Assembly: GCA_900772475.1 (NCBI GenBank)
Contig: CAAHEI010000074.1
Location: 83,008 to 147,007 of the forward strand
DNA: 64,000 bases
Origin: Clostridia bacterium
GTDB taxonomy: Bacteria > Bacillota > Clostridia > TANB77 > CAG-465
Direction of reading: 5' to 3'
Positions 18,152 to 27,939 of the stretch are shown piece after piece; positions within the stretch are counted from its first letter, which is position 1; the number at the start of each line of letters is the position of its first letter. A model generated the notes under the pieces. That model saw only the letters and a list, made by a program, of their open reading frames with translations, had not been told where the DNA came from and ran no database searches. Both the position numbers and the translations under genes were made by a program.

Positions 18152-18904
18152 ATGTACTATGATAATAAATCTACATTTTATATCAAACAATATGGGCCTG
18201 CAGCATTTACTATCGCTTTATCTTTAGTGTTAGTTGTCGGTGGATTGTACATTTATTTATCAAGTAACAAAAACAATAACCCCCAAGATACTTTAGTAGC
18301 AAAAAATGACACTCAAAGCGAGCAACAAGTTGAGCAATCAAACAGTTTACAAGATGTGAAAGAAGATAACGTATCTAATTCTACATCAAACGTAATTGAA
18401 GAAAAGAAAGATGTAAATATAAATCAAAATATTAGTAATACAACAAATGCTTCAGAAGTTAAATCTTCAGTAAACATAAATGATGTTAAAATAACAAATG
18501 TTTTATCTGCTGAACTTAGAGCTTTAAATAAACTTGAAAAATCAAAAGAGCTTACTGTAGTTGGAGTAGATGATAATAAGAATATTATTATTAATGCCAA
18601 TGATAAAAACTATAAAGCATCTTTAATTGGTATTGATTATAAAAAATCAGGCTTAGATATTAAAGATAAACTTAATTCAGATTTAGCAAATAAAAAAGTA
18701 ACAATCGCTTTTGATAATGTAAAAATTCAAGACAATACTTTATGTGTATACTTATATGTAGATGGAAATCTATATAATCAAAAACTTTTAAAAGATGGTC
18801 TTGCAATATTAAATGTTGAAAAAGCAAATACAAGTCTTTTAAATGAACTAGTAAATGCACAAAAACAAGCCAAAACAAATAATATAGGAATTTGGCAAAA
18901 ATAA
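18152..18904 (+). CDS. Membrane-anchored protein with a C-terminal staphylococcal-nuclease (SNase/thermonuclease)-like domain; catalytic residues appear substituted
   Basis: ASLIGIDYKKS (compare RLIGIDAPE), VYLYVDGNLYNQKLLKDGLA, and the C-terminal AQKQAKTNNIGIWQK pattern. The start was moved to ATG 18152 (SD TAAGGAGGTG). Confidence 0.55.
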   Translation: MYYDNKSTFYIKQYGPAAFTIALSLVLVVGGLYIYLSSNKNNNPQDTLVAKNDTQSEQQVEQSNSLQDVKEDNVSNSTSNVIEEKKDVNINQNISNTTNASEVKSSVNINDVKITNVLSAELRALNKLEKSKELTVVGVDDNKNIIINANDKNYKASLIGIDYKKSGLDIKDKLNSDLANKKVTIAFDNVKIQDNTLCVYLYVDGNLYNQKLLKDGLAILNVEKANTSLLNELVNAQKQAKTNNIGIWQK

Positions 18905-18960
18905 AAAGCATGCCGAACTAGGGAAAAACCTTAGTTTTCATATATCAACCTCTTATGATC

Positions 18961-18995
18961 GCCTCTATAGCAATGTAGGGGCATCTATTTTTTTA
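18961..18995 (+). terminator. Intrinsic terminator
   Basis: Stem GCCTCTA/TAGGGGC (one G-U pair) followed by a T-run. Confidence 0.55.
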
Positions 18996-19107
18996 TTCTA
19001 GAGTACTTTTTATAATTAAATTTTATTTATCCCAACTTTTATATTGTAATTCAATATTTTTTATAGTAAAATATTTATATATTGATATAGAAATGAGATG
19101 ATTTTAA

Positions 19108-19407
19108 ATGATAAAGTTAAAAATAATTAACATTGATGGATATATATATAATTTAAAAGATACCAAGAAAAATAATTATACTTTAAATTTAGAATTTTTT
19201 GATATAGATAAAAAGCTCCAAATTGGGGATTACATATATATGTCTGCAGAATTGTTAAATCCAAGATATGAGGGCTTTAGCACAAATTATGTATTTGGAA
19301 CTTTAGAAGATACGTATGGAAAAAAGGATATAGATTTAACAGATATTGATATTATAAAAGTTGTAATAAACAATTTGGAAATATATCTAAAAAGGTTATA
19401 TGGATAG
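19108..19407 (+). CDS. Hypothetical protein (99 aa)
   Basis: ORF with compositionally normal sequence, positioned directly upstream of the next gene. Weak SD; no family recognised. Confidence 0.45.
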   Translation: MIKLKIINIDGYIYNLKDTKKNNYTLNLEFFDIDKKLQIGDYIYMSAELLNPRYEGFSTNYVFGTLEDTYGKKDIDLTDIDIIKVVINNLEIYLKRLYG

Positions 19408-19419
19408 GGGTAAAATGAA

Positions 19420-21088
19420 ATGTCTAATTCAAAAGAACTAAATAGAATAAAAAAATTATATGGTGAAAAATTTATGCATTTTTGCAGAAGTCTTTTTCCA
19501 ACATTACTAGAACAAGAAGGATTATTAACCGAGATTTTAAAATCTTCATTTGCTACAAATAGTAGAACGTTATATGATGATATAGTTAATAATTATTTAG
19601 AAGAAGAATTTAAAAATTATATATATAGTAAAATTAATGTAGAGAAAGAAAAGCCAGAAATAATTGGAGAAAAAACGCCATATCAACTTTTAGATGAGAA
19701 TGGATATAATTTGTATGAATGTAATTCAGAAGAGGAAATTCAAAGTTTTAAAAAGTATTATAAACCAGGCGAAGAACTATGTACTTTTCGTGGTAATAGA
19801 TTAAATAGATGTGTTGTATTCTTTGCTGTGAAAAAAGATGTAGAAGAAATAAAAAGAGAAGATTTCAACAATCCTAAAAGAGAAGATGAATACGGAACAT
19901 CTGTTATGTCAATACAATTTACTAAATCTCAAAATAGTACAGTATCTATAAAAAATAGATATAATCATACAGTAAATAATCCAGATGCAACATATGGAAA
20001 CGACTTAGATGAAATAGCACCAGGACTTACGCAGAGTTTTGAAAAATTGTTATCAGAAAGAGGATTAACATTAAATAGTTCCAACATTGAAGCATTTTAT
20101 ATTCCTGGCTATGTTGTTGCAGATGATGGAAAATACTATAAATACAATATGGAAATTAATGGTAATTACTATTGTCCGGGTAACGTAATTATAGATCATG
20201 GCAATGTAATTAAATTAGAACCAGAAAAACAAGAATTAATTGATTATTTTATTTTAGATAAAGAAAATAAAACGTTAAGTTTATATGATATATCTTTAGG
20301 AAGGGATAGTTTTATAGATGGTTTTAAAAACATAGATTCAATAGAAATGGCAAATAACAATAATAGTGAACAAAAAACAAAGACAATTACAATTAAAGAA
20401 AAAAGCTCTGATAAACCAATAACTATAGAAATAAACAAAGAAAGTAATAGTATAATAGGTTACACAAATGAAAATTTAACTAATTTAGGGCATAATTTTC
20501 TTGGATATAATGAACAATTAAGTGAATTTAATGTGCCTAATGTAACAAGTGTCGAATAATAAAGATCTAAAAAAATTTGAAGCATCTAATGTAAAAATAA
20601 TTAAAGATTGTTTCCTTCTTAGTAATAATAAATTAAGTAAATTTGAAGTACCTAATGTAACATGTATTGGTAATAGAGTTTTGGCGAATAATAAAGAGCT
20701 AAAAAAATTTGAGGCACCTAATTTAACGGAAATTGGAGATAATTTTCTTAGAATGAATACCAAATTAAGTGAATTTAATGTGCCTAATGTAACAAGTATT
20801 GGAGCGTTTTGTTTGGCGAATAATAAAGAGCTAAAAAAATTTGAAGCACCTAATGCAGAAAAGATTGGATATTATTTTCTTAGAAAGAATACCCAATTAA
20901 GTGAATTTTATGTACCAAATTTATCAAAAGAAAGTAAAGAAAACTTAGAATATGTTTTTTCAGTTGTTAAAGAAAATTCAAAAGAAGGTAAAACTCAAAA
21001 TATAGATTCAACAGATATTGCAAATTTAGATAAAAATTACAAAATTACAACCTCTGAAATAAAGCGGAGTAGAAAAGACGTTATCTAA
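19420..21088 (+). pseudogene. Leucine-rich-repeat (22-aa LRR) protein gene with an unknown N-terminal domain, split into two ORFs (19420..20559 and 20549..21088) by a 17-nt deletion in the repeat array
   Basis: LRR units L(S/K)(E/K)F(N/E)(V/A)PN(V/L)T.IG..(F/C)L..N.. run continuously across the stop at 20557-59. The 33-mer at 20518-20550 is identical to 20765-20797. After it, copy 2 has a 20-nt stretch (ATTGGAGCGTTTTGTTTGGC) where copy 1 has only GTC. The second ORF starts at GTG with no SD. Confidence 0.6.
20470..20915 (+). repeat. Tandem coding repeats (66-bp LRR units in alternating pairs, 132-bp super-period)
   Basis: AATAATAAAGAGCTAAAAAAATTTGAAGCACCTAAT and TTAAGTGAATTTAATGTGCCTAATGTAACA recur. 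The boundaries are approximate. Confidence 0.7.
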
Positions 21089-21124
21089 TGAAAAAAATAA
21101 GAAAGAGCAAGGTGTGAAATATTA

Positions 21125-21559
21125 GTGGAATATGAGAAATGTTTAGTAGAAGTAGATGAGGTGCTTAATCATCTATCTAAAGAAGAATTAAATAAAATAC
21201 CAGAGGATGTACTAAAAGGTATAAAAAAACATAAAGATAAAGAATATATGTGGAAATATGATGAAAGCAAACGATTAGAAGAGCAAACGTTTGATAGGAA
21301 TACAATAGTTATATTATCGTATATAAATATGGAATATTTACTAAGTAAAGAACAAAAAGATTTAATGGAAAAACTTCATGAATTAAACGAGCAAAATTTT
21401 ACAAACCAAATTCAAGAAAAATATGATTCAAAAGACATATTTAAAAATAAAACTAAAACTAACATTAATGTAGAAAATGAAAATGCAATTGCAAAGTTAG
21501 AAAATAATAAATGGTATAATAAGATGTTTTCATTTATAAAGAGAATATTTAAATTATGA
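21125..21559 (+). CDS. Hypothetical protein (144 aa, K/E-rich)
   Basis: GTG start with AAGGTG upstream, followed by the terminator at 21578. No family recognised. Confidence 0.45.
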   Translation: MEYEKCLVEVDEVLNHLSKEELNKIPEDVLKGIKKHKDKEYMWKYDESKRLEEQTFDRNTIVILSYINMEYLLSKEQKDLMEKLHELNEQNFTNQIQEKYDSKDIFKNKTKTNINVENENAIAKLENNKWYNKMFSFIKRIFKL

Positions 21560-21577
21560 AAAGAAGAGATGTATGTA

Positions 21578-21605
21578 AGAGGTGTATAAAAAACACCTTT
21601 TTAAT
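21578..21605 (+). terminator. Intrinsic terminator
   Basis: Stem AGGTGT/ACACCT with an A-rich loop, followed by a T-run. Confidence 0.6.
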
Positions 21606-21889
21606 TTTTCTTATAATTTCGCAAAATAATAATTTTGTGAAAACAAGGTAAGAAGTTATTGACTAAAATCTCAATATATGGTATTATTTAGGTATATTAT
21701 ACTATTTATATTAATTTACTATTAATAAATTAATTACAGAATTATAAATTTTTAATATAAATAGTGATATTTAGCTTTTTTCATTTTAAGGCATTTATAA
21801 CATTTATGCTGACATGTAACTATATACCCTTGATAATAAAAATGTCTTAAAATCGATTTTAGAGCTTCATTTTTTGAGGTGATATATAA

Positions 21890-22840
21890 ATGTATGATGA
21901 TGTACCAGAATATATAAAAAATTTCTTAATGTATATGAAAAACATACAAAACAGATCTAAAAATACCGTTAAAGAATATTATTACGATTTAAGAAATGCA
22001 TTTAGATTTTTTAAAGCAGATTTATACAATTTAGATAAATCAGATTTAAATAAAATAGATATTAAAGATATTGATATAAATTTCATAAAAAAAATTAAAT
22101 TAAATGATATGTATAATTATTTAGATTATTTATCAAATAATTCAGATAAAGCTACAACTAGATCTAGAAAAGTTTCTTCACTAAAATCTTTTTTTAATTA
22201 TTTGTGTTTTAAAGAAAAAGCTTTAGAAATAAATCCAACTGTTGAACTTGAAATGCCAAGATTAGAAAAAAGAAATCCAAAATATTTAACTTTAGATGAG
22301 AGCCTCTCTCTCCTCCACTCCATTGATGGAAAATTTGAAAAAAGAGACTATGCTATTATAACACTTTTCTTAAACTGTGGGCTTCGTTTATCTGAGCTTG
22401 TAAATATAAATATAAAGGACATAAAAGGAACTTCATTAAGTGTAATTGGTAAAGGTAATAAAGAGCGTAGTTTATACTTAAATGAAGCCTGTAAATCTGC
22501 CATTGATGATTACATTAAAGTTAGGCCTAAGGATAATCTAAAAGATCGTGATGCTCTATTTATAAGTAGTTTTGGTAAAAGAATTAGTAATAGAATGGTT
22601 GAGATGATTGTAAAAAAATATGTAATGCAAGCGGGTCTTGATCCAAAAAAATATTCTCCGCATAAATTAAGGCATACCGCAGCTACTCTTATGTTGAAGT
22701 ATGGAAAAGTTGATATAAGATCATTACAACAGGTTTTGGGACATGAAAGTATTTCAACTACTGAAATATATACCCATGTTGATAATGAACAAGTAAAAGA
22801 TGCCCTTTCAAAAAATCCTTTAAATAGAAAAAATATATAA
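21890..22840 (+). CDS. Tyrosine site-specific recombinase, XerC/XerD family
   Basis: N-terminal SAM-like core-binding domain. The catalytic region has GLRLSEL, HKLRHTAATLML and LGHESISTTEIYTHV (R-H-R-Y signature). SD GAGGTGA is present. Confidence 0.85.
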   Translation: MYDDVPEYIKNFLMYMKNIQNRSKNTVKEYYYDLRNAFRFFKADLYNLDKSDLNKIDIKDIDINFIKKIKLNDMYNYLDYLSNNSDKATTRSRKVSSLKSFFNYLCFKEKALEINPTVELEMPRLEKRNPKYLTLDESLSLLHSIDGKFEKRDYAIITLFLNCGLRLSELVNINIKDIKGTSLSVIGKGNKERSLYLNEACKSAIDDYIKVRPKDNLKDRDALFISSFGKRISNRMVEMIVKKYVMQAGLDPKKYSPHKLRHTAATLMLKYGKVDIRSLQQVLGHESISTTEIYTHVDNEQVKDALSKNPLNRKNI

Positions 22841-22842
22841 AG

Positions 22843-22873
22843 TAAAGCTAGGATAAAATTAATCCTAGCTTTA
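22843..22873. terminator. Bidirectional intrinsic terminator between convergent genes
   Basis: Hairpin AAAGCTAGGA-loop-TCCTAGCTTT. Confidence 0.65.
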
Positions 22874-22876
22874 CTT

Positions 22877-24202
22877 TTACTCTAAATATGGAATTACTGT
22901 ATCTACAATTGTATCAACTGCTGATTTTGAAATAATACCAGCTCTATATATACTTGGTGTACATGGTTTCTCAATTATTGCATTGAAAAGCTTTTTTGTA
23001 TCATTTTCTACATTCGTTGCAATTCCCAAATCACTATAATATTTAGCATTATCTGTTTCCTGTCCTTTAATTGACGCATAAAATATCTTGCATCCAGATT
23101 TGGAAACAAATTCAGATGACATATTTCCTCCAGCTTTGCCGATTACAACTTCACAAGATGATATCAGATTTTTCAAGTCGCTTGACGCAACATACTTAAA
23201 AAGTGACATTGTAGACTTGTAATTTTCGTGAATTTTTTTTGCAAAATTATATGGCTTTCCCTGACCAGAAATACATATAAGCTTCTTATTATTTTCTTTG
23301 CAGAACCTTACAAGTTTTGGAAGAATCTTTATACCCATACCAAGACCTTCTGCACTTCCTGGAACGAAAAGAACAGTATCTGGTACAATATTTGATGAAT
23401 CAGCTTCTCTATCGAAGAAACATGGATTTGTTCCTATATATATAGGTCCTTTTGAATCCTTCAAATATGGATAAATTTTAATACCATTCTCCCAAGAAGT
23501 TTTTGAAGCGACAAAATAGTGCAAATTACTTACATCGCCATAGGAAGACATAGCAAAGCCTAACATTTCAATGTCTGTAACAACAACTCCTGCAAACTTA
23601 ATACAAGGATTGTCTTCTACAATTTTTGAAAGAATTGCATTGGAATATGGATAGGTTGAAAGAACAACTTTTGGAGCAATTTTATTAATCAGCTTTTTAA
23701 GCTTTTTTGAATAAAGAATTTTAAATATAGGAGCTATATCAAATCCCGTTTTTTCTGGATCGATTTCACCTCTTACAACTTTATTCCAAATATTTTGTCC
23801 AAGTTTACTTCTTGATAATGTAACCCATGCTTTATCATTAAGTTTAGCTACTGTTGAAGAAAACAAAGATAAAGTATCTACGATAATGACATTTTTTTCT
23901 GTTTTTTCAGTAAGTTTTTTTGCAATTGCCCTTGTTGGTGCTCTATGTCCATTGCCTGCATGGCCTGTAAAAAGAATACAATCAACAGATACGTTATAAA
24001 GTTTCATAAACTTTAATAATCCTAAAATTGATTCATATGAAGTATATATACTATTATTATATACTTCATCAAAATCAAGATTTATGTTTGCTGTTAATTC
24101 TTTTTCATATAACTGCCGTTTTAAAATTGATTCAATTTGCATAACATTTTCTATATCCATATGCGTAAACTTGTTCGTAATATCAGCTCTAATCCAAGCC
24201 AT
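22877..24202 (-). CDS. Glycosyltransferase, MGDG-synthase/UgtP-like (GT28-type) with an N-terminal extension
   Basis: FTGHAGNGHRAPTRAIAKKL resembles the GNGH motif of diacylglycerol glycosyltransferases, and the C-terminal half is Rossmann-like. SD AAGGAGG is present. Confidence 0.6.
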   Translation of the reverse strand: MAWIRADITNKFTHMDIENVMQIESILKRQLYEKELTANINLDFDEVYNNSIYTSYESILGLLKFMKLYNVSVDCILFTGHAGNGHRAPTRAIAKKLTEKTEKNVIIVDTLSLFSSTVAKLNDKAWVTLSRSKLGQNIWNKVVRGEIDPEKTGFDIAPIFKILYSKKLKKLINKIAPKVVLSTYPYSNAILSKIVEDNPCIKFAGVVVTDIEMLGFAMSSYGDVSNLHYFVASKTSWENGIKIYPYLKDSKGPIYIGTNPCFFDREADSSNIVPDTVLFVPGSAEGLGMGIKILPKLVRFCKENNKKLICISGQGKPYNFAKKIHENYKSTMSLFKYVASSDLKNLISSCEVVIGKAGGNMSSEFVSKSGCKIFYASIKGQETDNAKYYSDLGIATNVENDTKKLFNAIIEKPCTPSIYRAGIISKSAVDTIVDTVIPYLE

Positions 24203-24306
24203 ATTATAACCTCCTTAATTAATTATTAAAAATTTATACATATAACTAAGTATAATTATACCACTTAGTTGAACACTTGTCAAATAAGTACTACCTTATA
24301 ATTAAA

Positions 24307-24615
24307 CTAATATATAGGCACTGTTAAAACTTGTCCTACATAAATTGAACTATCTACTAAATTATTTCTACTTTTTATATCTCTTACAACATCTTGAATT
24401 GATATGGTACTATCATCACTATTTTTACATACAGTTTTTGATATGTTCCAAAGAGTATCTGTATTAGTTACAATATATTCATATGTGCATATTTCTCTTT
24501 TACAAAAACTTTTACTGGTAAAAAAACTTATACATATTCCTAATATTAAAATAAAAAAAATGTTTATTATAAATCTCTTTTTTGATATTATTTTTATTCT
24601 ACTTTTTCTTTTCAT
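24307..24615 (-). CDS. Small membrane-anchored LysM-domain protein
   Basis: C-terminal LysM (YIVTNTDTLWNISK...YVGQVLTVPIY). The start was moved to ATG 24615 (SD GAGGTGG), followed by a TM segment. Confidence 0.75.
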   Translation of the reverse strand: MKRKSRIKIISKKRFIINIFFILILGICISFFTSKSFCKREICTYEYIVTNTDTLWNISKTVCKNSDDSTISIQDVVRDIKSRNNLVDSSIYVGQVLTVPIY

Positions 24616-24715
24616 ATATAACCACCTCGTGAACTTTTGTTCTTTACAAGGTATATTATATAATATAAACAAATGTTTGTCAACTCTTTTTTGTATAAAA
24701 AAGAATATTTGTTCT

Positions 24716-25336
24716 TTAAAATATAATTTCATTTATTTTCTTCATTATTTGTTCTTTATTTGTTCTCTCAATTTTTATTAATATATCTATTTTTTCATTA
24801 AACTTTACGCTGTCAATAATAATAAGTCTTTTAGCTATATATTCGCTCATTTTATTTTTAAAATTCTCATATTTGCAATATTCAATAATATATTCTTCTA
24901 TATCGTAATTAAAAAGTTCATATCTTTCACATTTTAGAAGTGCACCTCTAAAAGAATTCAAATATGCTCTTGAAAGAGGACCTGCCCCAAGTAAAATTCC
25001 CCCAAAATACCTTACTATCACAACACAAATATTTGTTATTCTTTCTTTTGATATAAGTTCATAAATAGCTTTTGTACCTGTACCTTGTGGCTCTCCATCA
25101 TCTGAAAAATTTATTACTGGAGTATTGGTAATTTTGTCTAAATATGAATAGATATATACAATATGCCTTGCATCTTTGTTTTCCGATTTTATTCTTTCTA
25201 AATAGTCTTCTGACTCATTCTTACAAGAAATATTAAATATATACGCAATAAATTTAGATTTTTTTTCTACCAGTATGTTTGATGCTACGTAATCACATTG
25301 ATTTTTTTTTATATCTGATTTAAGGCTAAAATACAT
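24716..25336 (-). CDS. yigZ: YigZ/IMPACT-family protein (UPF0029)
   Basis: KKSKFIAYIF, ARHIVYIYSY, DDGEPQGTGTKAI and VVIVRYFGGILLGAGPLSRAY motifs. The start was moved to ATG 25336 (SD AGGTGA). Confidence 0.8.
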   Translation of the reverse strand: MYFSLKSDIKKNQCDYVASNILVEKKSKFIAYIFNISCKNESEDYLERIKSENKDARHIVYIYSYLDKITNTPVINFSDDGEPQGTGTKAIYELISKERITNICVVIVRYFGGILLGAGPLSRAYLNSFRGALLKCERYELFNYDIEEYIIEYCKYENFKNKMSEYIAKRLIIIDSVKFNEKIDILIKIERTNKEQIMKKINEIIF

Positions 25337-25392
25337 TAAAATAATCACCTGAATTATTATATCATATTTTATATATATGTACAACAATATAG

Positions 25393-25422
25393 TTGACATA
25401 TTATGTAAATACGTGGTATAAT
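25393..25422 (+). promoter_or_regulatory. Sigma-A-type promoter candidate for 25473..26612
   Basis: TTGACA, 18-nt spacer, TATAAT, about 50 nt upstream of the ATG. Confidence 0.5.
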
Positions 25423-25472
25423 TATGTAAATTGTTATACACTTTTGTTGTATTATATAAAAGGAGTGAAATA

Positions 25473-26612
25473 ATGAAAAAATCAGTAGTCTATGCTGTTG
25501 ATGCATTAGAACCAAATAATGTAGCATTAATCGCAAAAGATATTAATGATGAGTCAATTGAAAAAATTATAATTCCTACATTTTTACTTAAAGAAATAAA
25601 GCGGAATTTTAGCTTTAATCAATTGTATGCAATTATAAAACTGTTGTCTACATCAGCCAAAATTGAATATATTGATTTCCCAACTATTTATTCAGTAGAT
25701 GACAGCCATAAAGCAGGTGCTTGCTACAGAAATTTTGTATTATGCCTTGTAAGTAATCGAAAAAAATACAAAAACTTGTTTGTAAAAACAGATAATTATG
25801 ATTTAACGCTGGAATGTATTAAGAGAAATTTTCGCATTTTTATTAGAGAGGAGTATAGTAGTAAATTACTTAATTATTGTGATGAACTTAAAGATAATAT
25901 TGTGGTTCCTAAAACCAAAAGTCTTGTTATAGACACATCGTATTTTGTATATATGTTTAAAGAAAAAATTGGTTTAAACATGTTATTCGACCCAAATATA
26001 AAGAAAATATTTTTATCAGTCAATCTGGAAGAATTGATTAAAATACAAAGTATGGATGTATTTTATTTATTGGTCTTTTTACTAAACAATAGAAAGAAAT
26101 ATAACATAAAATACGTCGTTGAAAACAAGGCATATGACAAAAGCAGCTGCAGTTATATACATGATCTTTTAATAATTACCTCTGCTCTTGAAAATATTAA
26201 TAAAGAAGATTTAACTATTTGTTCTGCAGATCTCGAATTTATTATTCAATGTCTTGCTCTTGGAATAAATACAATTCAGGCTGTCATACAGCACCAAAAT
26301 AATAATTCCAATGAGTGTGAAAAAATTATTGGATTGGATGAAAATTCCAATAATTCGAATTACACTAAATCTTTTCCTATTAAAATGAAAGCTAATACGG
26401 CATATCTTTCAACAAGATATATTTTAGTAGTATATGAAGATATTGCAAGTAAAATGTACGCTAAATCTTTTAAATTTAACAATAAAAGTTTTTTTAAGGC
26501 TACCGTTGGAAAATATGTTAAAATCTATAATCAGCAATTTCTTTATAAAATTATTGAAATAAACATAAATACCAATACGGCTAAACTTGAGAGAACAACT
26601 TTAAAGGCATAG
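25473..26612 (+). CDS. Hypothetical protein, possibly two tandem PIN-like domains plus a C-terminal beta-rich domain
   Basis: SD AAAGGAGTGA precedes ATG 25473. Two segments show a D...E...(T/S)xD pattern: AVDAL / LLKEIK / KTDNYD, and VIDTSYF / NLEELIK / CSADLEF. The domain call is tentative. Confidence 0.45.
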   Translation: MKKSVVYAVDALEPNNVALIAKDINDESIEKIIIPTFLLKEIKRNFSFNQLYAIIKLLSTSAKIEYIDFPTIYSVDDSHKAGACYRNFVLCLVSNRKKYKNLFVKTDNYDLTLECIKRNFRIFIREEYSSKLLNYCDELKDNIVVPKTKSLVIDTSYFVYMFKEKIGLNMLFDPNIKKIFLSVNLEELIKIQSMDVFYLLVFLLNNRKKYNIKYVVENKAYDKSSCSYIHDLLIITSALENINKEDLTICSADLEFIIQCLALGINTIQAVIQHQNNNSNECEKIIGLDENSNNSNYTKSFPIKMKANTAYLSTRYILVVYEDIASKMYAKSFKFNNKSFFKATVGKYVKIYNQQFLYKIIEININTNTAKLERTTLKA

Positions 26613-26617
26613 AATTT

Positions 26618-26654
26618 TAAAATCACACTATCTTAATAATAGTGTGATTTTTAT
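26618..26654. terminator. Bidirectional intrinsic terminator between convergent genes
   Basis: Hairpin AATCACACT-loop-AGTGTGATT, flanked by A and T runs. Confidence 0.7.
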
Positions 26655-26664
26655 ATATTTATAA

Positions 26665-27936
26665 TTATTTCTTGTATTCATATATTGGTTTTCCTTTACC
26701 ATCTATAACATCTTTAGTTATTGTACATTTTACAATATTTTTATCAGATGGTACTTCATACATTGCCTCCATCATTGAGTTTTCCATTATAGCTCTAAGT
26801 CCCCTGGCTCCTGTTTTTCTCTCTGAAGCAAGTTCAACAACTCTTTCTAAGGCACCTTTATGAATATCTAATTTAACATTGTCCATTTTAAATAATTTTT
26901 TATATTGTTTAACAATAGCATTTTTAGGTTTCGTAAGAATATCTATTAATGCGTTCTTATCAAGGTTATTTAAACTTGTAATAATTGGTAAACGTCCAAC
27001 AAGTTCAGGTATTAATCCAAATTTAATTATATCTTGAGGCTGAACTTCTGAGAAAACTTTACCAACGTCTACATTTTCTTTTTCCTCAACTTTTGCTCCA
27101 AATCCCATTGATTTAGTATTAGTTCTTGCTTCTATTATCTTCTCTAAACCATCAAAAGCCCCACCGCAAATAAATAAAATATTCTTTGTATCAATTTTTA
27201 TAAATTCTTGTTGTGGATGTTTTCTTCCACCTTGTGGCGGAACATTAGCAACTGTTCCCTCTATTATTTTAAGAAGAGCTTGTTGTACTCCCTCGCCACT
27301 TACATCACGTGTAATTGAAGGATTTTCAGATTTTCTAGTAATCTTGTCCAATTCGTCAATATATATAATTCCTTTTTCAGCTTTTTGAATATCAAAATCT
27401 GCTGCCTGAATAAGTCTTAATAATATATTTTCGACGTCTTCTCCAACATATCCAGCTTCGGTTAATGTTGTTGCATCTGCTATTGCAAAAGGTACATGTA
27501 AAATTTTTGCTAATGTCTGAGCAAGTAATGTTTTTCCACAACCTGTAGGTCCAAGTAATAATATATTACTCTTTTGTATTTCAACATCATCTAATTTATC
27601 TTGATTTCTAATTCTTTTGTAATGATTGTATACAGAAACAGCCAAAACTCTTTTTGCAACATCTTGACCAATTACATATTCATCCAAAACTTTTTTTATT
27701 TCCTCTGGTGAAGGTAAATCTTTTCCCTCCACAAGTTCTTTATTTTTAGATGACACATCATCGCCTGTTAAAGGAACTTCTTGATTATGCATAATTTTAT
27801 GACACATCTCTACGCAATCATCACAAATATAGATAGACTCAGGGCCTTCTATCATTTTATTTACTTCTTCCCTAAGTCTACCACAAAAAGAACAAAAAAT
27901 CATATCATCATATGAAGATTTTCCTTTTTTTCCCAT
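26665..27936 (-). CDS. clpX: ATP-dependent Clp protease ATP-binding subunit ClpX
   Basis: Zn-finger CSFCGR...CDDC, Walker [17 protein letters not shown], and the GYVG pore loop. Confidence 0.97.
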   Translation of the reverse strand: MGKKGKSSYDDMIFCSFCGRLREEVNKMIEGPESIYICDDCVEMCHKIMHNQEVPLTGDDVSSKNKELVEGKDLPSPEEIKKVLDEYVIGQDVAKRVLAVSVYNHYKRIRNQDKLDDVEIQKSNILLLGPTGCGKTLLAQTLAKILHVPFAIADATTLTEAGYVGEDVENILLRLIQAADFDIQKAEKGIIYIDELDKITRKSENPSITRDVSGEGVQQALLKIIEGTVANVPPQGGRKHPQQEFIKIDTKNILFICGGAFDGLEKIIEARTNTKSMGFGAKVEEKENVDVGKVFSEVQPQDIIKFGLIPELVGRLPIITSLNNLDKNALIDILTKPKNAIVKQYKKLFKMDNVKLDIHKGALERVVELASERKTGARGLRAIMENSMMEAMYEVPSDKNIVKCTITKDVIDGKGKPIYEYKK

Positions 27937-27939
27937 ATA

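Noticed and set aside
21890-22840. The tyrosine recombinase could mark a prophage, ICE or other mobile element.
   Set aside because: I saw no phage, conjugation or transposition genes, no flanking direct repeats and no tRNA target. The sequence is typical of chromosomal XerC/D-family proteins. The upstream unknown genes (19108-21559) may still be accessory.
25389-25422. dif-like sequence (ATATTATGTAAA matches the right half of the B. subtilis dif site as I remember it).
   Set aside because: The left half does not match. The sequence is better explained as the spacer of a TTGACA-18-TATAAT promoter for 25473..26612.
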